The notes below the pieces were generated by a model. That model made no database searches and had not been told where the DNA came from. It was given only the letters and a program-made list of their open reading frames with translations. Shown here in pieces: positions 29,406 through 41,261 of a stretch of DNA of 64,000 nucleotides (position 1 is the first letter of the stretch; every line of letters starts with the position of its first letter). Source of the DNA: Dimorphilus gyrociliatus (taxonomy: Eukaryota > Animalia > Annelida); contig CAJFCJ010000002.1 in assembly GCA_904063045.1 (NCBI GenBank), positions 3,653,891-3,717,890 on the forward strand. Direction: 5' to 3'. Made by a program: the position numbers and the translations under genes.

Positions 29406-29809
29406 CTTTCCCTTTCTCTCTTCTCTTCTATATTTTTGTTACGCTTGTTGTTCAGTTGAATTGGAAAGATTAAGTCTCTTATCTAAAGATCTTGAAAAAC
29501 AACCCTTGAATAGTCTAAATAAAAGGCATAAATATTTAACGATAAGATTTATCTTAACATTTAATCAAGATCGAATCAAATACAATTTATTAAATCAATT
29601 ATTATTTGTATAAAAAAATTATATTTATCATTAAACAATTCAAAAATAATTTATTGATAGGTGAAAAACTGCTTTAACAGCTTTCGTCTTTTAGTTAAAT
29701 AATTGATTAAAAATATTTTCCCTCCTATTATTTACTATTTTATTCCTACATAATACTTATAAGTTGTCGTTTTCTTATAATATTCAATCTTTACCCTTAT
29801 CCCATTTTT

Positions 29810-29831
29810 TGTCTATTTTATTCTTTCTCTA

Positions 29832-29868
<37 letters not shown>

Positions 29869-29945
29869 GTCTCTTTCTTTCTCTCTATCTCTATCTTTGT
29901 ATACGTCTTTCTTTCTGTCTATCTCTGTTGCTCGCTCTCTCTTTT
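29810..29945. repeat. Degenerate (TC)-rich low-complexity tract with a (CT)12 core at 29839-29862
   Basis: Read directly; it produces the spurious SLSLSL ORFs in the track. Confidence 0.85.
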
Positions 29946-31668
29946 TAACCGTTAAAACTTTTTTCCTTTGTAATATTTATCATATTCAAAGCTCCTTATT
30001 TTTATATACTAAACGATTTAAGAAATGTAAATTTATGTATATTTCTATATGCTCTATATATATAAATACATATGGCGTTTAAATAATGTTCACATATGGC
30101 TAGGAAAAAAGTTTTTACAGACGATATCTATCATATATAGACCTATGAAATTCTGCTCAGTATAGAATTTCAACGGTAAGATTTATCTCAGCAGTTCTTC
30201 GTGACCGAGATAGACGCCCCTATTCGAAATTCGATTCCCGAGTGAATTTTCTAGCATCGGGCCGTCTCTTTGCTCGCAATCGGCGGTGCGTGAAATTGCG
30301 ACGATCGGATGATCGGCGAAAATAATCTGATTTTTTTATCTGAACTTTTTTTCCCGCATTTAGAGTTTTCCAATACATTTTCGGCATTTTACAGGTGTTC
30401 GAACGATAAAGAGCAAAAAAGGGGAAAAATAACAACTTATCTCCTTTTATATTCGACCCCCACTCTCTTTCCTTATTCCGTCTATCTTCCCTCTCTCCTT
30501 TTCTTTTTTTTAATACATTTTCTCACGATTATTATCACTGTCTCGAAGCTATTGTCGTAATACAAATAAAATCATAAAACAGTTAAATATTATCACTATG
30601 GCGAAATGGCGTAAAAACAGATTATAACTCGTCATTTGGCTGCGATGAATTGATTTAGATAGAATAAAAAAAAAATTATAGATACTTTTCATGAATAAAA
30701 TCTTCATAATATTTTATGAAAGATGCAAATAAAATGTATAAGATGGGAAGATTTCTTCGGTCTTTGTTGGCCAACCTGCCCTTTATGTGAAAATGTGTCA
30801 GGTGCGTTTTGTAGTGCAATAGGTGTGCGAATTAATTGTAGGGAAGTTCTTAGGAGATTTCTTTTCTTCTTTCCCGAACCGATGTACAATCGTATACCCT
30901 ATGGAATATGGGTTTTACGTTACTCTTAGGACTTTGATTCTTTTGTTTCTTAACTCTTTCCTTTTATTTTATTGCTTGTTGACGATTGTAAATATTTTCG
31001 TATTTTGAAGAGAAAAAGAAAAATAACGGCCAGATTAACGGTATAAAAAAAACTTACAAAGGCGTTTTACACCTGTAGGAGTTATTAATTATTCTTGCAA
31101 GATTTTCGAGGATGACTACATTCAAAGAACCTTGAATTATATGTTCTTCCACTTAGTTAAAAGGGGTGGCAGAATGAGAAAATTATAGGATTAGTAGTTG
31201 AATAAGTTTGCCGCAACGCTTAGCCGCATGAAAGGAAATTATTTTAAAGACGATAAATTTTTTCTTAAATGCTTTAAACAAACATTTATATAGATATAAA
31301 TAAGAGACACTTTTTCTATATATAAAGTATTAGTTTATGCAAGTATATATCAATTACATATTTATATTAAATTTTCATTTGTCCATTAATAACTCTTTCA
31401 CGAACGAAGAGAGGCAGAAATAAACAAGACAAAGAGTCTTAATGGAGTGATGGAATCCTTTAAAATATTTCACTGACATGGCTTATTTTAACATTTAGAG
31501 AATGTCGACTCGAGAGACATGCCAGAACCTATAATAATTAGGCAAATGGTCTCTCTGACTCTTTTGGCCTTATCTGTTAAAAATGTTCAACAACTGACGG
31601 TAATAATTCATTGGAACTTTAACCAACATAAGGAAAGTCCTTTTAAACTTTGTGCTTGATTTTAACAG

Positions 31669-32060
31669 GTGAATTAATCAGAATAGGCACCCAACAAGAA
31701 TTTCTCATTCGGCGATCTGGCGTAGAGACGCCGCCGACATCTGTTACTATAGGCATAGCGATTCGCAGGAGTAATACGTTAGTAATAGAAATCAATGACG
31801 GCCGTTTGCCAAGGGACAAACGGCTTGTTTGCAAGCTGCACAATTCTTCTTTTCACCGCCCTAATCCGCACTCGCGCCAGCTTAAGCAAGGGGGACGCCG
31901 AGGACGCGAACAATAAAGGGAAGCGTCTAATTTAGAGCGATTATTGTTCGACGTTTGCTGAAGACCTGCTATATGTCGATGAATATTGTCGAGTATGATT
32001 GATGAAGATATCAATTTTAAGAATAACAGCTAGCTCCATCTGTCTGTTGATTCTAATAAA
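31669..32060 (+). other. Candidate terminal exon on a GC-rich island containing a 46-aa smORF (31795-31935)
   Basis: Acceptor tttaacag at 31668. 67/120 G+C by hand count at 31801-31920. The first ATG in the exon opens MTAVCQGTNGLFASCTILLFTALIRTRASLSKGDAEDANNKGKRLI*. AATAAA at 32055-32060. Confidence 0.3.
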
Positions 32061-32233
32061 TATATACTGTATATATATGTATATATAATGAGATTCTTTG
32101 TTTTACGCGTGTTTACGCATTCGTAAACAGAATTATTTAGAAGAAAACAAAAGTAAACAACTACAATTTATTTTACAAATTTCCCATTCATATATAATAT
32201 AAAAAATGGTATAAATAATAATAGAAATATTCT

Positions 32234-32253
32234 TGGAATGTAAAGAAATATAC
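32234..32253 (-). promoter_or_regulatory. Near-perfect miR-1-complementary site (candidate target site in an extended 3' UTR of the calmodulin-like gene)
   Basis: The plus strand reads TGGAATGTAAAGAAATATAC versus canonical miR-1 UGGAAUGUAAAGAAGUAUGU. Nt 1-14 and 16-18 are identical; the three differences (15, 19, 20) become G:U wobbles against the minus-strand RNA. Confidence 0.5.
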
Positions 32254-33438
32254 CACCATACGCCCGTTGTTTATCCATTCATCAATTCTAGCTACTCACT
32301 TGAAAAGGTTAAGATTTTTAATCATACATCAGAGGTTCTTTAAAGGCTAACCAGTCAAAATTCAATTTCGGTAGATGAAAATTTCCTTAGAAAACCTTAA
32401 ATTTCCCTAAGAAAGATACTCAGAAAGAAGAGAAAGGGAAGAAGGGAAAAAATAATTAATAAAATAAAAAAAAATCAATAATATGTCTTTTGAATAATGA
32501 AATTTATCTTATTTGCATTCAAAATGCCAGTCCACTCTTGGTCTTCCAAAGATGGCTGCATTACAATCGAGATCCGCTGCTTGTTTCCTAACATCTCAAG
32601 AGATTATTATGCTTAAAAAGCAACAATGGTCTCTCTTTAAACCTCATCTCGGTCATAGCTAATCAACTGTAAAAATATATAAATGAGTAGTATATCTATT
32701 CTATTTATATACAATGTTTCTCCCAAGTTGAATATTCACCTAAATATTAACTTATATAGCAATTTGTAACACTTGTCCTCTTGTAAAGAGTACAGCCAAT
32801 CATTTTCCTTTTTTATCATGATTTATGTAACAAAAGTTAACTCAACTATTTTTACTTTTCAAGTAATCGCACAAAAGATAAAAATGACAACAAATGTTTT
32901 CTCAATTCAACTTTATAAAAAGTTTTTAGAAAACAATACTTAACGCCATCTACCGGTTTATAGAGCAACAAAAATCCTGATTATATTTTTTGTAGCAAAT
33001 AAACTATGTCAAGGATTGGTCTTTTTAAACATATCAACGATTTAATGAAGAGATAAATCATATTTAGTCTATATAAAGATAGACTGATTGATTTATTAAC
33101 ATATATACTAATATATATATATACATATACTGAAAATACAGTACATCTTTCGTAAATACAGGTTATACCCAAGTAAGAAAAGAATAATTAAAAGCATAAA
33201 TAGTATACCAGATACGACAGAATAGCATAAATTGATTGTGTTCTTGAATAAAACTAAGAACGTTTTTTAATATATAAAATCAAAATAAAAAAAAAATCAA
33301 AATAAAAAAAAGGAAAAAACAACTACAGAGATGTCCTGCTTTCTCCTTCTCTTTTCCTAAGATATTCAATAGTATTGGCCTTATGACAATGTCTTTATGT
33401 TTACATATATCACTTTCAATGGAAATTATTTATATTCT

Positions 33439-34481
33439 TTATTTACTGTCTGCCAGCATATTCTTAATAAATTCTGCAAAATTAAAATACCATAAAGAGT
33501 ACACTTTTTTATTATTGTATCATTTTACCTATATAATTAATTTCTCCATTATTGTCTGGTTCTGCAAATTCAATCATTTCGTCTACTTCTTCGTCTGTTA
33601 ATTTCTCTCCCATATTTGTCATTATATGACGTAATTCTGCTACGGATATTTGACCATTGTTCTCTTTATCGAATACTTGAAATGCTTCCTCAGTTAGACC
33701 TTGAGTACCTTCCTCCTTTGGTACTCGAACCATTAGCGTTAGAAATTCAGTAAAATCTAAAGTACCACTGCCTAAAAATTGCGTTATCCGTTTAAATATA
33801 TGCTTAAATATTTCGTATATCAGTTACCATCTTCGTCGAATTCCTCTAAAAGTCTATTAATTTCACTATCGGCAGGATTGTGACCTAGAGATCTTAATAC
33901 GGGACCCAACTCCCTCGTCGTTATACATCCATCTCCATCTTTATCGAAGAAGGAGAAAACCTCTTGAATTTCTTATTAAGAATACAAATAACAAACTGTT
34001 TAATTATATTTTTAAATAACGACAAGAAATTTTTAAATAAAGGATATTAAACCTGCTATAACTTCCGGCTGTAGTTGTTCTGCTGTAGGAGCGGGTATTT
34101 CGTCCTCGGTACTCTGACAACAAAAGAATGAATAGAATTTTAAACAAATTCATATATACAGTATTCTTTTTACCATGTGAACTATGATTAGTAAATGTAA
34201 TCACAAGTCAGAAAACAAAAGGCCAAATTTAAAATAAAGAGCACTTGATACTACATGCTCAAAAAGAGATAATTACAACGTATTAAATGATTTAAGATAA
34301 GTAGGTAAGTCTTTAATCGGACGTAAGAATGTAAAATCTTTGAAAAAACGCCAATATAAGTAAGAATTTATGGACAAACCGCCAGCTTGAAGAAATTTGA
34401 TAAAGACTAAGGGCTAAGATTCTTTTTAGACGCTTAATACTATCGGAAATCGTGAAAGATAAGAGAAATATTACTTACCAT
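33439..34481 (-). CDS. Calmodulin-like EF-hand protein (divergent calmodulin paralogue), 161 aa
   Basis: Exons (minus) 34481-34479 (ATG only, followed by GTAAGT), 34113-34053, 33971-33828, 33771-33529, 33473-33439. Loops [48 protein letters not shown], plus the calmodulin signature [22 protein letters not shown]. Confidence 0.9.
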
Positions 34482-36865
34482 AACAGTATCCTTTATATTT
34501 TGGCTTGTAGCTATGCAAACTCGTTCAATAAGGATTATCTTGCTATACAAAGCTAACTGTACGAGTTTGAATGAAAGCCGTCTTTTCATTTAGCTCATAT
34601 TGATTCCGTTCGTGTCTCTTCGACGCCAACTGGTTGGGTTTAATAAAATGATAGATCAATACTCCCTTAGATAAATTATAGCTGCATATATTGTATACAT
34701 AGAGTCCGAATAAATGTATTGAAAAGCTATAAATCTACAAAGTGTTTATTGCTAGTTATTTTAACTAAAAGCTCTTTCACACCTATTTTATTGTTAATAA
34801 TTTACAATCCTCCTGCAATGTAATTAATTTCTTCCTTTCTCTTATTTTATCACTTAAAAATATGATAGACATTCATAAGCGACTAGTAGCTAATAGATAC
34901 AGTGTGTATGGATGTATATGTTCAGTTTAGTCTCGTAGAAAGCGATACCTATTACCTGTTTACAACATATTAGAATATTTATAGATTGTACTTTATATTT
35001 TGTATGTTATTTCTAATTTAGGAGCTATTACTTCCTCAATTGTCAAGGAAAAAAAACCTTACTTGTGTACATAGTCAAGTAATCAAGAAACTTAAATGTT
35101 TTTATATATATAGTATACATTTATATATAAAAAGATATTAATATAATAGGCTTTGTTTCTTTTTTCTAAGAAAATAAACGATTTAAAAGATTTGTCGTTT
35201 TTTTTGTTTTAAAGGGAAAAATACTATTCAAGCCTGGAAGCGAAGTTAAATTATCCGGATGTTGACATAAAAATCGGGGTACAACAGCTGTTTTTATTGT
35301 TATGTCTTGCTTTAGTCTTTTTATAATGTGATTAGTAGCACATTTTGTACATTTGAACGTTTTTAATATTTACTGTTAGTGTTGCAGTTTTTAGTTTTTT
35401 TTTATAATTTTACTTTTAATAAAATGTCACATTACAAAATAATAAAAAAGAGAAATCTTTGTTATTTTTCATTCTCTAATGGCTTTTATAATAATGCTAA
35501 ATAGGCAGTTTGCAAAATACTTGTTTCTCACTCTCTTTCTCTCTCTCTCTTAGACGAATATATCGATCTTTGGAATATTTATTTAGGATGAGTGGGAGGC
35601 GGAGGAGGAAGATGAGGATATGAATATTTTAGAGAGATTTAATTCATTATAAAATATCGGGAATATTTAGAAAAATACATAGTCTTCTGAACATAAAATT
35701 GGCCAATAAATCTGTTAATCATTTATACGGTCAATTAAATCTATTAGAGATCTTACTAAGAGGAATGAAGCAGTTTATTCCTTTTGCAGGTGTTTTATAA
35801 GTACTCTTGTTTTTCATATATAAGAATAGTTAATGTTCCTTTTCCGATCGATTATTGAAATATATCAGATCATAGTTGAATGAAAACGATATATTGATAA
35901 ACTTAAATGTGACGGTTTAAATTATCGTTTATTTTGAGCTTATATTAAGGATTATGTAGATCGAGAATTGGTAATATAGAAAACGGCTTACATAAGAAAA
36001 TAAATTTAACAGCTTTATAAATTATATCTTAGAAAAATGGGATATTATTCATATAAAACAGATGTTTTAAACGCAGTTAAAAAAACTAATTATTTAAAAT
36101 TCAATATTATTATTTTAACTTTGTAAAGTAGAATAAAATTATCCTTTTCACTTTCATTTTCCTTTCAATCCATTCAATTTCATATATAAATTGATTTTAA
36201 ATGAAAAAAGAGAAAATTAGTCTCCACTTTCAATCGTTATATTTACAATTTAAAGAAGAATTGTTTACTTAACAGTAATAATATATTCTATAAATATTGA
36301 ATATTTGTATCCTTAGAATTAATGAATGTCTTCAGAAAAATTATTTCAGTAACTAACCAATAACTAGTTTTCTTTGTTAATTATGATAATTTAATGAATA
36401 AATGAATTTGTTCATGTTTTTTTTTTCCATATATAAACTCATACACAAACATATCTATGTCGGCTATCTTTTTAATTAGTTGATCATTTGCATGCTATCT
36501 TATCTCAATTGGGATTTTTCAACTTGCTTTTGTCGGGTATGAGAAGTTACATGAACAACTGTACTACTCAATACACATTGAAAAGTGTAGCTGTTTGACC
36601 ATACTATTCTCTTTTTTTATTGTGTTCAAGATGAAATTTAATGAAACTCAACATAAAAATATTACAACAACAGGATTATTCTAAAGTGCTACCTGCCTAC
36701 CTGAGCAACATTGCAACTATAAGTAATAAAGCAATAATTCCTAATCGATAATTTCACAAAAAGAGATACGTCACAACAGATGGGAAAACGCTATATATCA
36801 ACTTTTTTTTGTTAAAACAGCAAAATTATCATTTTTACTGTTGGAGCCAGCTAAAACTATTAAAT

Positions 36866-39343
36866 ATGAGAACACTTATGAGATCCAGGAGACGGTTAGC
36901 ATACATTTTCGGTGTATTCGCTGGTGTTTTATTAATGTTTTTAATAAAGAGGTATTTAACTTTTATCTTCATATTTCTCCTTCTAATCAAACTTTTTTAT
37001 CTTTTTCTTCTTAAACTGCTATAAAGATTCCCTAGTTGCAAAAGTATTTTATTTCAACACAAGTGTATTGATTGTTCATCACTTTATAAACCAAGAAATG
37101 ATATTTATATTGGTATTTTATCGTCAAAAGAGTTTTTAGACCGAAGAGTAAAATTCATTCAAGCATCTTGGGGAGTAGCAGCTCTTCCTCATTTACATTT
37201 TTATATGAATCACACAAATAGTGCTAAACTCCCAGTTATTCGTTTACAAGGAGTTAGAGACGATGAATACCCACCAAGGAGAAAAGTTTTTAGAATGCTT
37301 GAACATTGGTGTTCTCATTTCGTTGATAGCTATAATTGGTTTATTAGAGCAGATGATGATTCCTACATTAAAATTGATCGCCTAAAGACATTTCTACATA
37401 GTTTGGATAGTGAGAAAAAATGGTACATAGGTCAGAGTGGTGAAGGTAAACAGGAAAAGAGAGGAAAAATTGGTTTCCCTCCCGGCTACTTTTATTGTAT
37501 GGGAGGTCCTGGTATGATATTTAGCAGAGGATTATTAAAAAGTATTTGCCCTCATCTAAACGAATGCCAAAGTTTAAATGTGACTGAGCACGAAGATATT
37601 GAGGTTGGGAGGTAAGTTTCTTTACAGTATTACAAAATCAATCTTCCAGAATATGAATTTAAAAAAAAAAGACTGCATAATTAAATAATAATAAGCTTTT
37701 TTGGTTTACAATAACTTAGTTAAAGATAACTTGAATAGGTATTTTGAGTATAATAGAAATCAATAACGTAAGCACACTAGTTTTACTATTTTTTTTTGCA
37801 AACTTTTCCATATTGAGTAAATAAAATTTATCAATTTTTCTACTTCCTACTCAAAGTAAATTTCGTTTAAATAACACTTTTACACCATACCCGATTATAT
37901 TTTATCAATGATTAATTATTGGTTATTTATTGAATTTCCTTCAACATCAGGTGTGTACTAGAGAAAGCAAAAGTAAGCTGTACAAGTAGCTATGAAATGA
38001 TGAAGCTTTTCTATGCCCATTATAGCGAAAATAATAAATCTTTCAAATCAAAAATGGAAGGCGCTACTGGTAAAGCAGTTCTTAAGGCTCTCACAATTCA
38101 TCCATTGAAAGATGCTATGTATTCGTATAGAATCCATGCATTTATCCTAAATGCAAAAGCTCAAGAATTACGTAATAAAATATATTCTATACTCGCGCTA
38201 AATAATTATACAAATTCCTTCTTGGATCCCTCTAATGATATTTGGAAAAATGATAAACCATGGACTAACGTCTGGAAAGGTTATAGACATTATCAAACAA
38301 ACTTTGAAGATCAAAGAAAACGACTGTTTGGTGTTAGGCGATCAAAAGTTAGAGAGGCTGCTTTAAAGTCGTTACAATACCTACGACGTTATCAAGATAA
38401 GCCTGTGAAATATTTGCGTAGCATTTATACTAATCTAAAACCAAATTTTGGTATCTGTTACGAAATACATATAAGACTACATGAAAATGTTTTAGCAAAT
38501 GTTGGTGGTATAGAAAAGTTCGAGTCATTAATGTCTAGAGAGGTCCACATCAATTCAGAAGAATTATTGACTGTTATTGTACCATTTTCGGGTAGATCGG
38601 AAGCCTTAAAGCGATTTTTAAAAACTTGGAGAAGCTTGAAAGATTTAAGTGAGAATGTTAGGCTATTAATTGCACAATCTGAGAATAGTAGAGAGTTAAA
38701 TGTAGATGAATCCCTTAACGATCTCAAGAGTGAAGCAAACATTGAAACATTAACAGTATATGGAAACTTTTCGCGAGGTGTTCTTTTGCATACTGCTGTA
38801 AAAAACTCTATAGAGAGCGGCATAGTATGCTTTATTGACGTTGATATTAAACTAGGAAATGGAAGCTTGGTTAAAATGCGAAGAAACACTAAAAAACATG
38901 AAACAGCTTTTCTACCTATTATGTTCAGTGAATTTGATCCTAGATTCTCTTCAAATCTATCTGATATATATCACAAAGATTCCGGTTATTGGAGGGAATC
39001 GAGTTTTGGTCAACTTTGCGTACATAGAGATGATTACTTAATGTCAGGAGGATTTCCCCAAAATATAAAAGGATGGGGAAAAGAAGATATTGAATTAGGA
39101 GATCATTTAATATCTAAGGCAAATCTACGAATGTTTAGATCTGCCGATCCTGGCCTGATACATAAATACCATCCAATTCATTGTGATAAGATTGAAAATA
39201 GAAAACAAAAAAAAATGTGTTCTGCTGTCAAATCAAAAACTTTCGCCTCCAGAAATACCTTAGCAATACATGTCGACAATGTTTTAGGTTTGCAAAAAAC
39301 AGAAACTGAAGAATATCAAAATAATATTGCCTATGAAAGATAA
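36866..39343 (+). CDS. CHSY1: Chondroitin sulfate synthase 1-like (CHSY1/sqv-5 family) type II membrane glycosyltransferase, 687 aa
   Basis: Exons 36866-36951, 37027-37611, 37951-39343 (phases 2,2). N-terminal signal anchor. First GT domain has DDEYPP, WFIRADDD, FYCMGGPG and EHEDIEVGRC. C-terminal GT7-like domain has FIDVD, GYWRES and GWGKED. The exact orthologue assignment is from recalled motifs. Confidence 0.85.
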
Positions 39344-39982
39344 TACTTTAACTATCTTCATTCAGAGTCATCAAATTGAGATTGCTATTCAGACAACTAT
39401 CAAATTGTATCCCATCAATTCAGATAGATGGAAAATTAGCTATCGTCTTATTTATCAAACAGCCAATTAGAAGCTAATGTTAATGAAAATATAGAAGAAA
39501 TTATCAAAAGTTTTAATTTCTATTTATCTTTTTTTTTTGCCTATTTTAATGACGATTATATTTTTTCAGAATAAGGTCACTTTATTGTTGAATAATATCT
39601 CCTTGTTCGTATATAAATAACAGCGAAGACTTGTTTTATTTAAAAAAAATAAAAGAATAATAACCATGCTTTTATAACATTGGAAAATAATATTATTGTC
39701 TATATTTGTTTTTTTTTTCTTTTCTTTCTTTTGTGTAAGCTTTTTTTATGCCTCTAATGTTGTTATTTCGTCTGCTTTTACCTTTTCCACATCATATGTG
39801 ATGTTTTTAAAGCCATTTTAGCAATAATTTTAAATATACAACGTGTAAATCTACAATTTTTCTATTATTATATTATTATTAGAAATGGGAATCTACACAA
39901 AACGTTGAGATAGGCCAATCTTTTGTTTAAATTTTACTTCCTTTTCGAAAGTAGTTATACCAATATTAAAGATATAACAACT

Positions 39983-41261
39983 ATGATTCTGTTTCTCTTC
40001 CTCTTTTTTATGATACTCAACGGAGGAGATGGACAATGTCCTAAAGTTGAATGTAGACCAAAATTTAATTGTTTATGTCCAGATCTCACTTCTCCTCCAG
40101 CCTCTTCCGGTGATCTACGTATCGTCTCAACACCTCAATTTGTGATATTAACATTTCAAGGAAATGTTAATCAACACTCTTACGACAGTCTTTCGGACAT
40201 TTTTACACCGGATAGACAAAATCCAATGAATGTCGGTAGAGTAACACCTACTATATTTGTAGCTGATAAATCCATTACTGGTTTAAAAACTGACTATTGT
40301 ACTGTTGGAAAACTATTCTGGGAAGAAGGATTTGAAATTGCTTCCCACTCAATATCTTATAGAGAACCGCCAAATTGGTGGAGCACTCATGCCGATTATA
40401 CAGACTGGTTTGGAGAAATAGAAGGCCAAAGGAAAAAGCTACAAGAAAAGGCAGATATCCCAAAATCTAATATAACAGGCTGGCGATCACCTTTCTTTGG
40501 CAGTAATCAATTTCAATACGATGTCCTTACAAATCGTCAATATGAATATGATTCTACGATAATCTACACGCCTAAAAAAGAGGAAAGCGGTAAGTGATGG
40601 TTTACATCTATAATACTTTCGTCTATGACTATTATTTATCAAACTCCAAACAGGTAAAACGAAAATAGAGCAATGGCCATTTACTTTGGACTATCCCAAG
40701 GCATGCACTCGATTAAAATGTCCCCTTGAATCACATCCAGGCTTATGGGAATTTCCAGTAACCACTCTTGTAGACGGAGGAGGCGAGAGATGCTCCGTTA
40801 TGAATGAATGTAAAAATAAACCGAAATATAAAGGAGAAGCTTATCGAATGTTAATAGATAATTTTAATTTTGCAAAATTTTCAATGAGAGCTCCAATTAT
40901 TATTGCGTTAACAACTCAATATCTAATAGACTATCCTGATGTTAAAGAAGGAATTAAACAATTCTTGGATGAAGTTTTAGACCAAGAAAACGTTTTTGTA
41001 GTTGATATTCAAAGATTTCTTGCTTATATGAAAAGTCCAATTGGTTTAAGTGGCATTGAAAATATTGATGGTTTACGAGAAAGACCCATAAAGAATTATA
41101 ATTGCAAAATAACTCAGTTAGCTGCACCTGTTGCTGTTTCAGAGAGAAGGCTACTATTTGACTTTTTAAATATTAGTGATGGAGAATTATTTTTATTAAT
41201 CCATACTTTATGTTTAATAGCTATATTTGTTTTAATTAAGTACACTGAAAAGTTGTCATAG
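39983..41261 (+). CDS. Chitin/polysaccharide deacetylase-like protein (CE4/NodB fold) with degenerate catalytic motifs, signal peptide and C-terminal hydrophobic anchor, about 404 aa
   Basis: Exons 39983-40589 and 40654-41261 (phase 1; an alternative acceptor at 40669 is also in frame). Animal CDA landmarks: C..P.C.C, PQFVILTF, FEIASHS, GWRSPF, YDST, WPFTLD, HPGLWEFP, C...C, RAP. C-terminal LFLLIHTLCLIAIFVLI. Confidence 0.85.

Noticed and set aside
32234-32290. The miR-1-like sequence as a mir-1 gene on the plus strand
   Set aside because: miR-1 is a 3p product, and no complementary 5p arm lies at hairpin distance upstream. The downstream pairing is bulged and weak, and no mir-133 partner was seen.
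1580-33143. Recurrent TACAGTA/TACTGTA next to (TA)n tracts, a possible MITE remnant
   Set aside because: The total count is about what base composition predicts, and no shared flanks, terminal inverted repeats or target-site duplications were found.
716-33601. Numerous 60-110 aa ORFs in the left half (for example 716-970, 5945-6154, 6983-7309, 13070-13345, 29764-30082, 30220-30435)
   Set aside because: They are F/L/I/Y/S/K-biased translations of AT-rich or microsatellite DNA, often with TTG/GTG starts, and show no recognisable domains or coherent splice models.
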